A stretch of 22,964 nucleotides of DNA from Promethearchaeota archaeon (GTDB lineage Archaea; Asgardarchaeota; Lokiarchaeia; Sigyniarchaeales; SOKP01). Below the pieces are notes generated by a model. It worked only from the letters and a program-made list of their open reading frames with translations, was not told the DNA's origin and did not search any database. Shown here piece after piece: positions 9,193 to 17,863 of this stretch. Both the position numbers and the translations under genes were made by a program. The stretch is taken from positions 1 to 22,964 of the forward strand of contig JBHLLU010000061.1 of the NCBI GenBank assembly GCA_048938895.1, in the 5' to 3' direction. Each line of letters starts with the position of its first letter. Position 1 is the stretch's first letter.

Positions 9193-10488
9193 ATGGAAAA
9201 TTTACCAGATAATATACCTCTTTATGAAACTGATATGTTTAAAAATATGATAGGTGGTCTATTAGGAAGAGCACCAGCAGGATTAAATGCAAGTTTTCGA
9301 ACATCACAGATTTATTTTGGTATAAATTCAATCAATCAAATGAGTGAACAAATAAGAACTCGGATTAATAGAGAGGAAAGGAGGGCTTTAATAATTACAG
9401 ATGATTTTACTAAAAAATATGCAAATTTGGTTCTAGAGCCATTAGAATCAATAAAAGCTGAATCGAAAGTGTGGTCTGGAGTGGAGCCAGAAGGTCCACT
9501 TTATACTATTGAAGCTGCTGTAGAGGTGTGTAAAGAATTCAAACCTACTGTATTCATAGCAATTGGAGGAGGGAGTGTTATGGACTCTGCAAAGGCTATA
9601 ATGATTAAATATGAAAATCCAGAGACAAATCTTTTTAGAATATCTCCTTTTGGACCGCTGGGATTGCGTAAAAAGGTGAAATGTTTAATTGCTATTCCTA
9701 CGACTTCAGGAACAGGATCTGAAGCTACAAGTGCTGCAATGCTTACAGATGTAGCAAGAGATCCTCCTAAGAAGTTAGCAGTTGCACATGGTGAAATACT
9801 TCCAGATATCGCTATTTTGCATACAGATTTTGTAAAAGAAATGCCACCTTTTTTAACTATGGCTACAGGATTAGACGCATTAGCTCATGCAGCTGGAGCT
9901 TATGTGTCTTCTTGGGGTAGCCCTTTCACTGATGCTCTTAACATTGGTGCGATAAAAGAAATTCTAAAATATTTACCACGAGCATATAAATATGGTACAA
10001 AAGATTTAGAAGCAAGATCAAGGATGCAAATAGCAACGACAATGGCAGGGTTAGGCTTTGGTAATGCTAGAGTTGGTCTTGATCATGGTTTAGGTCACAG
10101 TTTAGGTAAAGTATTTCGTCTACATCATGGTTTTTGTGTTGGATTGTTTCTTCCATATACAGTGGGATACATGGCAAAAATCTCAGAACGTTGGAAAGAT
10201 CTATGCCCAATTTTCGGAGTTGATTCAGAAGGGAAGGAAAATAAGTTATTACTTACAGAATTACTTCAAGCAATAAAAGATTTCATACACTCTATGGATG
10301 GAGCGGTATGTATAGAGGAGATAAAGGAACCAACCATAACAAAAGAAGAATATATGAACAAAATTGATCTTTTAATTCATTACGCTGAAACTGATGCTGT
10401 GGACCTTTTGGCCCCACGTTATATGACTAAAGAATTCTACAGAAAAATATTTGAATATGCATGGGATGGGAGGGATATTGATTTTTAG
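9193..10488 (+). CDS. adh: Iron-containing (group III) alcohol dehydrogenase
   Basis: GGGSVMD, IPTTSGTGSE, metal ligands in GLDALAH, HGLGH and HHG. RBS GGTGA at 9179-9183. Confidence 0.93.
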   Translation: MENLPDNIPLYETDMFKNMIGGLLGRAPAGLNASFRTSQIYFGINSINQMSEQIRTRINREERRALIITDDFTKKYANLVLEPLESIKAESKVWSGVEPEGPLYTIEAAVEVCKEFKPTVFIAIGGGSVMDSAKAIMIKYENPETNLFRISPFGPLGLRKKVKCLIAIPTTSGTGSEATSAAMLTDVARDPPKKLAVAHGEILPDIAILHTDFVKEMPPFLTMATGLDALAHAAGAYVSSWGSPFTDALNIGAIKEILKYLPRAYKYGTKDLEARSRMQIATTMAGLGFGNARVGLDHGLGHSLGKVFRLHHGFCVGLFLPYTVGYMAKISERWKDLCPIFGVDSEGKENKLLLTELLQAIKDFIHSMDGAVCIEEIKEPTITKEEYMNKIDLLIHYAETDAVDLLAPRYMTKEFYRKIFEYAWDGRDIDF

Positions 10489-10503
10489 GGAGGTTATAAA
10501 AAG

Positions 10504-12387
10504 ATGAGTGATAATTTATATGGTTATAATGGAAAAATTGCTTATATTAATTTAAGTAATAATAGTGTTGATATAAAAGAGCTGGATCGCCAAGTTGCGT
10601 TGGAATATCTTGGAGGAACCGGATTAAGTGCTAAAATTGCTTATAATATGCTCTCAAAGGATGATTATAAACTTCTTAAAGAAGATCGCTTTACTGAGAT
10701 TAATCCGCTGATTTTCGCGACAGGTCCCGTTACTGGAACAATTAGGCCGTCTTCGGGTAGATATTCTGTTGCAGGAATATCTCCTCTAACTGGAATATGG
10801 GGTGAAGGAACCTCTGGGGGATACTTTTGCTTGTCTTTACGTAATAGCGGTTATGATGCTCTTGTTTTTACTGGTAAGTCGAATGAGCCAGTTTATTTAT
10901 ACATAAATGACGAATCAATAGAATTTAAAGATGCAAGAAACATATGGGGTAAAGACAGTTATGAATCTCAGGATTTAATAAAAAAGGATTTAAATCAATC
11001 CAATCTGAGAGTTGCGTGTATTGGTCAGGGTGGGGAAAATCTCGTTAAATATGGTGCTATAATTAATGATGAGGGAAGAGCTGTAGGTAGATGTGGATTA
11101 GGAGCACTCATGGGCTCAAAAAAACTAAAGGCAGTTGCAATTCGTGGAACAAAACGAATTCAAATTTTTGATAATGAGGTTGGTAAAGAATTAAGAAAAA
11201 AAGAAGAAGCCGCAAAAAAAGCAAATCCCATGGCATCTGTTGGAACTACTTTGTTTAAATTGTATGGTACTAATTTTTATCTCGATCTCGGAATGGCTAG
11301 TGGTGATGCTCCAGGATATTATTTTACTGAATCAGAATTTTTTGCTGAAAAATTAACAAGTAAAACGTTAAAAGAAGAGCATCCAATGTTTTCCTATGGA
11401 TGTGCAGGTTGTACGATCCAATGTGGTAAAGCTACGATTATAGAAATCAATGGTGAGGAAATTGAAGTGGATGGTCCAGAATACGAGTCTGTAGCTGCTT
11501 TAGGAACTTTGTGTGGACTATTCAATTCGAAGCAAGTGATTTTAGCGAATCATTTATGTAATAAATATGGAGTTGATACTATCTCATGTGGCGTAAGTAT
11601 TGCATTCCTAATTTATTTGGTTCAAAACAATCTAGGTATTAATCATATCAAAACTAATCTAAAAGGAATTCAAATTGAAGATATAAAATGGGGAAATGGT
11701 GAACTAATCTTAGCATTAATAGAAAAAATAATTAGAAGAGAAGGGATTGGTAATGTTCTTGCAGAAGGGGTCAAAATTATAGCTGAAAAATTAGAGGTAG
11801 ATCCGGAATTAGCTGCTCATGTGAAAGGATTAGAAATTCCTATGCATGAACCTCGAGCATTCGCAGGACAAGCATTAAGTTATATGACTGGATGTGTTGG
11901 TGCTAATCATAATAAGTGTGATTGGTATGGAGCTGAATTGGGGAATGTTAATTATCCGTCAATAGGTATAAAAAGAAGTAAAGGAAGAAATAACATAAAA
12001 GGAAACGAGAAGGGAATTGCTAAACTTCAAGATCTCAGAGCGATTGATGATTCTACGATTAATTGTAATTTTGCAGGACTCCCTCTTGATAATATCTTAG
12101 GATATATTAATGCTGCTACTGGTTTTAATTATGATAAGAACTCCTTGATGAAGGTGGGAGAACGTATAAATAATCTTAAAAGACTAATAAACTGTAATTT
12201 AGGAATTGCAAGAAAAGATGATAAGCTTCCAGGTCATTTCTTGAAAACTTTACCTTCTGGAAGAATTGCGGGTGTTAAACTCGATTTAGAAGAAAATCTA
12301 AAAAAATATTACGTGGAACGAGAATGGGATTGGGAAACAGGCAGACCAACAGATGAAAAATTAAAAGAATTGAATATCATAAATTAA
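10504..12387 (+). CDS. aor: Tungsten-dependent aldehyde:ferredoxin oxidoreductase family protein (second paralogue)
   Basis: YLGGTG, ISPLTG, GRCGLGALMGSKKLKA, CAGCTIQC, GPEYES, YGVDTIS, VKGLEIPMHEPR, GANH. RBS GGAGGT at 10489-10494. Confidence 0.93.
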   Translation: MSDNLYGYNGKIAYINLSNNSVDIKELDRQVALEYLGGTGLSAKIAYNMLSKDDYKLLKEDRFTEINPLIFATGPVTGTIRPSSGRYSVAGISPLTGIWGEGTSGGYFCLSLRNSGYDALVFTGKSNEPVYLYINDESIEFKDARNIWGKDSYESQDLIKKDLNQSNLRVACIGQGGENLVKYGAIINDEGRAVGRCGLGALMGSKKLKAVAIRGTKRIQIFDNEVGKELRKKEEAAKKANPMASVGTTLFKLYGTNFYLDLGMASGDAPGYYFTESEFFAEKLTSKTLKEEHPMFSYGCAGCTIQCGKATIIEINGEEIEVDGPEYESVAALGTLCGLFNSKQVILANHLCNKYGVDTISCGVSIAFLIYLVQNNLGINHIKTNLKGIQIEDIKWGNGELILALIEKIIRREGIGNVLAEGVKIIAEKLEVDPELAAHVKGLEIPMHEPRAFAGQALSYMTGCVGANHNKCDWYGAELGNVNYPSIGIKRSKGRNNIKGNEKGIAKLQDLRAIDDSTINCNFAGLPLDNILGYINAATGFNYDKNSLMKVGERINNLKRLINCNLGIARKDDKLPGHFLKTLPSGRIAGVKLDLEENLKKYYVEREWDWETGRPTDEKLKELNIIN

Positions 12388-12428
12388 GTATTTTTTAACA
12401 TTTTTTTTATCCTTTTTATAATTTTTAA
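12388..12428 (+). terminator. Archaeal-type oligo-T terminator
   Basis: T6, T8 and T5 tracts directly after the stop at 12387. Confidence 0.5.
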
Positions 12429-12635
12429 CAAGGAAATTTCGAATACCGTTAATTTCTTAATGGATTTTATTCTAAAATCAGAAATATTGATATAAAGATA
12501 AGATATTAAAAAAGAAAATCCAATTAGGTTATTAGATAATTGAAGAGTTGAATTATACTTTGATAACAATTTAATTTTAATAATATCAACTATTTTCAAT
12601 ATCATAATTCATTTCTTAGAATTACTAATAACTAA

Positions 12636-12691
12636 AACGAGTAAATATCGTTAATCTTTAAAACTTAGGAGGTTAGGATTAACAAAGGTGA
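12636..12691 (+). promoter_or_regulatory. Candidate hdrA promoter region: inverted repeat, TATA-like TTTAAAA and RBS
   Basis: AACGA-N7-TCGTT at 12636-12652, TTTAAAA at 12657-12663, GGTGA at 12687-12691, 6 nt before the TTG at 12698. Confidence 0.4.
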
Positions 12692-12697
12692 ATTAAA

Positions 12698-14674
12698 TTG
12701 TCTGAGAAACAGACCAATGAAAATATGAACGAAGATCAACCAAGAATAGGTGTGTTCGTGTGTCATTGAGGTATCAATATAGCAGGAATCTTAGATATCC
12801 CTAAAATCGTCGAAGAAATAGATAAATTAGATAATGTTTGGGCTTATCCATATCTATCGTTATGTACTGAAGGTGGATCGTCTGAAATTAAAGAAAAGCA
12901 TGAAGAAAGGAAATTTAATCGGGTTTTAGTAGCAGCATGCACTCCAAAGACTCATCAGCCGGTATTTCATGCTATTTTAACAGAGATGGGATTACCGCCA
13001 AGGTATCTAGAATTTGTAAACATTAGAGAGCATTGTTCATTTGTACATCAAGCTCCAGAAGTCCGAGAAAGAGCCACATTAAAAGCAATCGAATTAATTA
13101 AAGCAGGAATTGCAAGAGCAAAATTATTAGAAGACGTCCCAACTAAGACAGTTCCCGTAGAACCTACAGCTTTAGTAGTTGGAGGAGGAATAGCAGGATT
13201 ATCTGCAGCTATCGATTTAGGAGATGCAGGATATAAAGTGTATCTTGTTGAAAAAAATACGACTATTGGTGGTCGTATGTCTCAACTTGATAGAACTTTT
13301 CCTACAGATGATTGCTCAATATGAATCTTGGGACCTAAGATGCTTGAAGCAAATCGTCATCCAAATATTGAGATTCTTTCCTACAGTGAAGTTGAGGAGG
13401 TAGATGGCTACATTGGTAATTTTGAAGTGAAAGTAAGACGAAAAGCTCGGTTTGTTGATGAAGATAAGTGTACAGGGTGTGGAACATGTACAGATGTATG
13501 TCCGGTTTATATCAGTAATTATTTTGACGAAAATCTTTCAGCTAGAAAGGTAATTGACATTGCATTCGCTCAAGCAGTACCAGCAGTTTCACAGCTAGAT
13601 AGAAAAGCATGCATTGAATGTTTTGCTTGTGTAGATGCATGTGAACAAGAAGCGATAGATTTTAGTCAACAAGATAAGATTGTGGAACTTAAAGTAGGTA
13701 CTATCATAGTCGCCACTGGATGGGACCTCTATGAAGGTGATGATTATGGGTATGGCATCTATGATAACGTTATCAATCAGATAGAACTAGAAAGAATACT
13801 TGCCCCAAATGGTCCAACGTATGGCCATTTAAAACGACCATCTGACGGTAAACGCCCAACAAAAATATTATTCATAAACTGTGTCGGTTCAAGAGATGTT
13901 AATAAAAATGCCCATTGTAGTGTTATTTGTTGCAATCTTTCTCTTAAAAATTCAAAATTAATCAAATCTGAATATCCTGACTCACAAATTGTTTGTACAT
14001 ATATAGATATGCGATGTGCAGGAAAAGACTATGAAGAATATTATAGGAGATCTCGAAATGCAGGTATAATCTTTGTAAAAGGTTTGGTTGGAAAAGTTGA
14101 AGAAGATCCATTAACTAAGAACCTTACAGTACAATTTGAACCTGTGGGTACTGATTCTGTTGTAACAATGGAAGTTCACATGATTGTAACTTCACCAGCT
14201 TCACTTCCATCTCAGGGTACTATAGAGATTGCTAAAGTATTAAACATGGAAAAAAGTCCTGATGGATTTTTAAAGGAATACCATGCAAGGCTTGATCCTA
14301 TTAGTACTAAAGTACCAGGAATATATATCTGTGGTTCAGCTCAGGGACAAAAAGAAATTGATAAAGCAGTAAGTCAAGCTAGAGGTGCAGCATCTGTAGC
14401 TGGAATTCCGATGGGAAAAGGAGAGTATACTATGGAGTTAATTCGGGCTACCCCCTCCGATGAACGTTGTGCTAAATGTTATAAATGTATAGAAGCATGC
14501 CCATATAACGCAATATCTGTAAATGAATCTGGTAATCTTGTTGTCGATCTTATCAATTGCCGAGGATGTGGAACTTGTGCTTCATTATGTCCTTCAAAAG
14601 CAATTGAATTAACGTATTTCAGAGATGTTCAATATATGGCTTTATTAGACGAATTATTACCAATTGAGGAGTAG
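12698..14674 (+). CDS. hdrA: Heterodisulfide reductase subunit A, selenoprotein with two in-frame UGA (Sec) codons
   Basis: One continuous frame from TTG 12698 (or ATG 12725): ...PRIGVFVCH-TGA(12767-12769)-GINIAG...AACTPKTH...NIREHCSFVH...GGGIAG...TFPTDDCSI-TGA(13322-13324)-ILGPKM...CSVICCNLSLK... to TAG at 14672-14674. Both TGAs align to conserved HdrA Cys (CHCG and CxxC). This joins ORF-track fragments 12986-13324 and 13328-14674. Confidence 0.93.
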
Positions 14675-14690
14675 AGAGGTAGAAAATAAA

Positions 14691-15149
14691 ATGGCAACTG
14701 AAAATGATATAAAAATTATTGTCTATGCTTGCTGGAAATGAGGATATGGTTCAGCTGATATGGCAGGTACTATTCGTGCACAATATCCGGACTCAATTCG
14801 AAATATATTAGTACCGTGTTCTGGAAGAGTAGGATGCGATCTGATAATGCGAGCGTTTGGTAGAGGTGCTGACGGTGTTGTTATAAATGCTTGATACCCT
14901 GGAGAATGCGATTACGAGACAGGAAACTATTATGCATACCGACAAGTCGAATATGTTAGGGAAATATTAAAAGCTGTAGGAGTAAGTCCAGACCGGATAA
15001 AAATAATATATTGTACAGCAGCAGAAGGTCAAAAGTTCCAAAACGAAGCAATTGAATTCGACAAGACCATACGTAAGTTAGGACCAAGTCCCTTACGAAT
15101 AAAGAGCACACCTAAGAAAGGGGAAGCTAAGGCGAAAGCTAAAGCTTAA
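14691..15149 (+). CDS. vhuD: MvhD/VhuD [2Fe-2S] subunit, 152 aa selenoprotein with two in-frame UGA (Sec) codons
   Basis: Absent from the ORF track. Translation: MATENDIKIIVYACWK-U17(14739-14741)-GYGSADMAG...VPCSGRV...GADGVVINA-U68(14892-14894)-YPGECDYETGN...CTAAEGQKF...LGPSPL...KAKAKA-TAA. RBS GAGGT at 14676-14680. Confidence 0.93.
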
Positions 15150-15156
15150 AAAGTTA

Positions 15157-15231
15157 ATGTGTTTACTGATGAAGCTGAGTTAAAAAAAATGAGAACTCAT
15201 GCAGAAGAAATGGGTGCACCATATAACACAT
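15157..15231 (+). promoter_or_regulatory. Eukaryote-like SECIS element in the 3' UTR of hdrA-vhuD
   Basis: Helix I is ATGTGTT (15157-15163) with AACACAT (15225-15231). The 5' core is ATGA-A (15169-15173). Helix II is GCTGAGTT (15174-15181) with AACTCA-T-GC (15194-15202). The A-rich apical loop spans 15182-15193 and the 3' core is A-GA-A (15203-15206). It begins 7 nt after the vhuD stop. Confidence 0.8.
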
Positions 15232-15338
15232 AAAATAGTTTTTAAAATATAATAGAAATAGTATAAATTTATCAATAGTTTGTATATATAAGAAAAAGTA
15301 ATTTGTAAGTATTTATTTTACTTCAGAGTTGGAAATAT

Positions 15339-16478
15339 ATGGACGCAATAGCAGAATACCTAATTAAGATTGAAGATTTCTCTAAAATTTTAGTTACTTT
15401 ACTAAAGGAAAAAGTAGTAGACAAAATCATTGGAGCAGATTTACGAGTAGATAAAAAATCTGGAAATGTCGATAGATTCACAGTTCAACCAAAATTGGTT
15501 GAAAAAGAAGAGGATCTGTCAGATTTTCCATTATCACCGTTAATTGCATTTGGATATGCAAGAACAGATTCTGCATCAAAATTTCTCCATAAATCTGTAT
15601 CAGGTGCAATGAATGAAAAAGTAGGATTAATCGCACGACCTTGTGATACCAGAGCTTTAATAGAACTTGCTAAAATCAAGCAAATAAATCTTGATAATCT
15701 CTTTGTTATAGGTATAGAAGATAGAGGAATGCTTCCAAAAGCAGGACGAGAAATGCGAGCAATTAAAGATGTTGATCCTACGAAAATCGTGAAAGAAAAA
15801 GTTGGAGATAACGGTCTTATTGTTAAATTAGATGATGGAAGCAGCAAAGAACTTAAATTATCTGTTTCGGAAAATTGTCTGAGATGTTATCGCAAAATTC
15901 CTGTGGTTGCGGATTTAACTGTAAGTGATCTCGGGATACCAATAGATTCAGAGGACATAATTCTTAAGGTATATTCTGACAAGGGAAATAATGTTTTAGA
16001 AAAATCAGGGATAAAGAAGAAAAATCTTCCAGACAAGATGAAGAAAGAGCATACAGCAAAATATGAGGAAATCATTGAAAAAGCTAAAGAAAAAAGAGCA
16101 AAAGATTTAGAAGAATGGGATAAACTTTCTGAGGAAGAAAAAATCGCTGAACTCCTTAAATGTACAATGTGTAATACATGTATTCGAGGATGCCCAGTTT
16201 GCTACTGCGTGGATTGCATTCTTCAGAAAAAGAGAAAGGATAAAACAATTGATAAAGTTACCTATCAATTAACTCGAATAGCACATGATGCCGATCGTTG
16301 TGTAGAGTGTGGTAACTGTGATAATAATTGTCCTCAGAACTTACCCCTCTCACTATATTTTCAATCGTTAAATGAAGCATTTAAGGAAAAATTTGGCTAT
16401 GAGGCAGGTATGTCCTTAGAGGATATTCCATTTCGATCTGGAAAAGCAATAGCAGAGATGAAATTAGAAAAGACATAA
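15339..16478 (+). CDS. FdhB/FrhB-fold (FlxC-like) Fe-S protein with C-terminal ferredoxin domain
   Basis: ARPCDTRALIELAKIKQINLDN, ENCLRC...IPVVADL, KCTMCNTCIRGCPVCYCVDC and RIAHDADRCVECGNCDNNCP are typical of the formate dehydrogenase beta-subunit family. Confidence 0.82.
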   Translation: MDAIAEYLIKIEDFSKILVTLLKEKVVDKIIGADLRVDKKSGNVDRFTVQPKLVEKEEDLSDFPLSPLIAFGYARTDSASKFLHKSVSGAMNEKVGLIARPCDTRALIELAKIKQINLDNLFVIGIEDRGMLPKAGREMRAIKDVDPTKIVKEKVGDNGLIVKLDDGSSKELKLSVSENCLRCYRKIPVVADLTVSDLGIPIDSEDIILKVYSDKGNNVLEKSGIKKKNLPDKMKKEHTAKYEEIIEKAKEKRAKDLEEWDKLSEEEKIAELLKCTMCNTCIRGCPVCYCVDCILQKKRKDKTIDKVTYQLTRIAHDADRCVECGNCDNNCPQNLPLSLYFQSLNEAFKEKFGYEAGMSLEDIPFRSGKAIAEMKLEKT

Positions 16479-16516
16479 CCATAATTTTTTTCTATTTTAT
16501 TATTTTATTAATTTAT

Positions 16517-17782
16517 ATGAACAAGAGAGGGATTTTATCCTTAATTTCATTCATCCTCATAGAAATTTTTTTGTTTTCTTTAATTCAATTTCCCTCCTAT
16601 GATAAACCTTGGTATCGTACATGGGGTAGAAATTATAGAGAATTTGCCTTAGAACTTGAAGTTGATTCAAATAGTAATGTTTACTTTACTGGATTTTCAA
16701 TGATGTCTGAAGAAGGTGATTGGGATATTTTCGTTGCTAAATTAAATAAATTTGGAAAGCTTGAGTGGGAAGTAATGTGGAGCGGAAGAAGTTATGAAAA
16801 TGGATATGATATTGCATTAGATTCACTTAATAATATTTATGTCGTGGGATATACTAGAAGTTATTCAGGTGAACACTATGATTTATGTTTATTGAAGTTT
16901 AATAATAGTGGTGACCTAATATGGAATAAAACATGGGGTGGAAAGGATTATGATTGTGGGTGCTCAATTATTTTAGATTCATTCAACAATATATACATAG
17001 CTGGAATTACAAGTAGTTATGGAGTTGGGAATCTTGATATTTGCATACTAAAATTTAATGACAGCGGTTCTTTGTTATGGAATAACACATGGGGAACAAG
17101 TACATATGAAAGATCTGAGGGAATTATTTTAGATTCTTTTGGCAATGTGTACATTACAGGTTATACGCATTCTCCAGGTGTAGCTAATTTTGATGTTTTT
17201 CTGCTGAAATTCAATAGGTTGGGGATTTTATTGTGGAATGCTACTTGGGGCAGTGATGTTCCTGAATATGGTCATGCTATTTCAATAGATGCTTCAGATA
17301 ATGTATATATTTCAGGAACTAAAGATGATCGAATGTTGTTATTAAAATATAATCCTTATGGTTTAATCCTAAATAATTTAACATGGGGGGAGTCTAATAA
17401 GTTCGATAGTGGCTATGGAATTGGCTTAGATTCTTCTGACAACATCTATATTACGGGAAATGACCTTTATAAGCTATATTTATTCAAATTTAACAATTTT
17501 AGTATATTGGAATGGGAAATTTCGTGGAGAATGTTCTCAATTAATCGCGCATTTGGATTATCATTAGATTCTAATAATAATATCTATATAATAGGAGATG
17601 CTGATTATACAGATATCCTAATAATTAAAAATCCTCAACTTTGGGAAAAATTTAAACATCTGGAGATGAAAAATTTGCTCCTAATAATTTTGATTTCAGG
17701 AAGTTTTGTCATGGTTGGAATAAGTTTTTTATTGTTAAAGGGAATTATCAGAAAAATTGATATCGATAAGCTATCCTATTAA
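16517..17782 (+). CDS. SBBP-repeat beta-propeller protein, membrane anchored
   Basis: About seven repeats of the type LDSxNNIYIxG...LLKFNxSGxLxWNxTWG, with a hydrophobic N-terminal segment and a C-terminal TM helix. Confidence 0.82.
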   Translation: MNKRGILSLISFILIEIFLFSLIQFPSYDKPWYRTWGRNYREFALELEVDSNSNVYFTGFSMMSEEGDWDIFVAKLNKFGKLEWEVMWSGRSYENGYDIALDSLNNIYVVGYTRSYSGEHYDLCLLKFNNSGDLIWNKTWGGKDYDCGCSIILDSFNNIYIAGITSSYGVGNLDICILKFNDSGSLLWNNTWGTSTYERSEGIILDSFGNVYITGYTHSPGVANFDVFLLKFNRLGILLWNATWGSDVPEYGHAISIDASDNVYISGTKDDRMLLLKYNPYGLILNNLTWGESNKFDSGYGIGLDSSDNIYITGNDLYKLYLFKFNNFSILEWEISWRMFSINRAFGLSLDSNNNIYIIGDADYTDILIIKNPQLWEKFKHLEMKNLLLIILISGSFVMVGISFLLLKGIIRKIDIDKLSY

Positions 17783-17863
17783 AAAAAACTTCAAATGTGA
17801 TATTAATTGTTCTTGTATTTTTATAATAAAAGGTTTTTATTTTTCCAATCATTTTCGGCATAC

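Noticed and set aside
12384-12605. 73-aa minus-strand ORF in the aor2-hdrA gap
   Set aside because: An I/K/L-rich translation of very AT-rich intergenic DNA overlapping a terminator, so likely spurious.
12986-14674. hdrA as a split gene or pseudogene (two ORF-track fragments)
   Set aside because: The fragments share one frame, are separated only by TGA at conserved Cys sites, have intact motifs, and a SECIS-like element follows.
14672-14693. TAG (pyrrolysine) readthrough fusing HdrA to VhuD
   Set aside because: An in-frame TAA follows four codons later, and vhuD is in a different frame with its own RBS.
15105-15146. Lys/Ala-rich tail of VhuD (STPKKGEAKAKAKA)
   Set aside because: A short low-complexity extension with no evidence of function from sequence alone.
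12698-15149. Genome-wide TGA reassignment to Trp or Gly
   Set aside because: In-frame TGA occurs only at four Cys-homologous positions, and the other long genes contain none.
16600-17620. Periodic sequence suggestive of a CRISPR array or tandem DNA repeat
   Set aside because: The periodicity is degenerate at DNA level and reflects protein beta-propeller blades.
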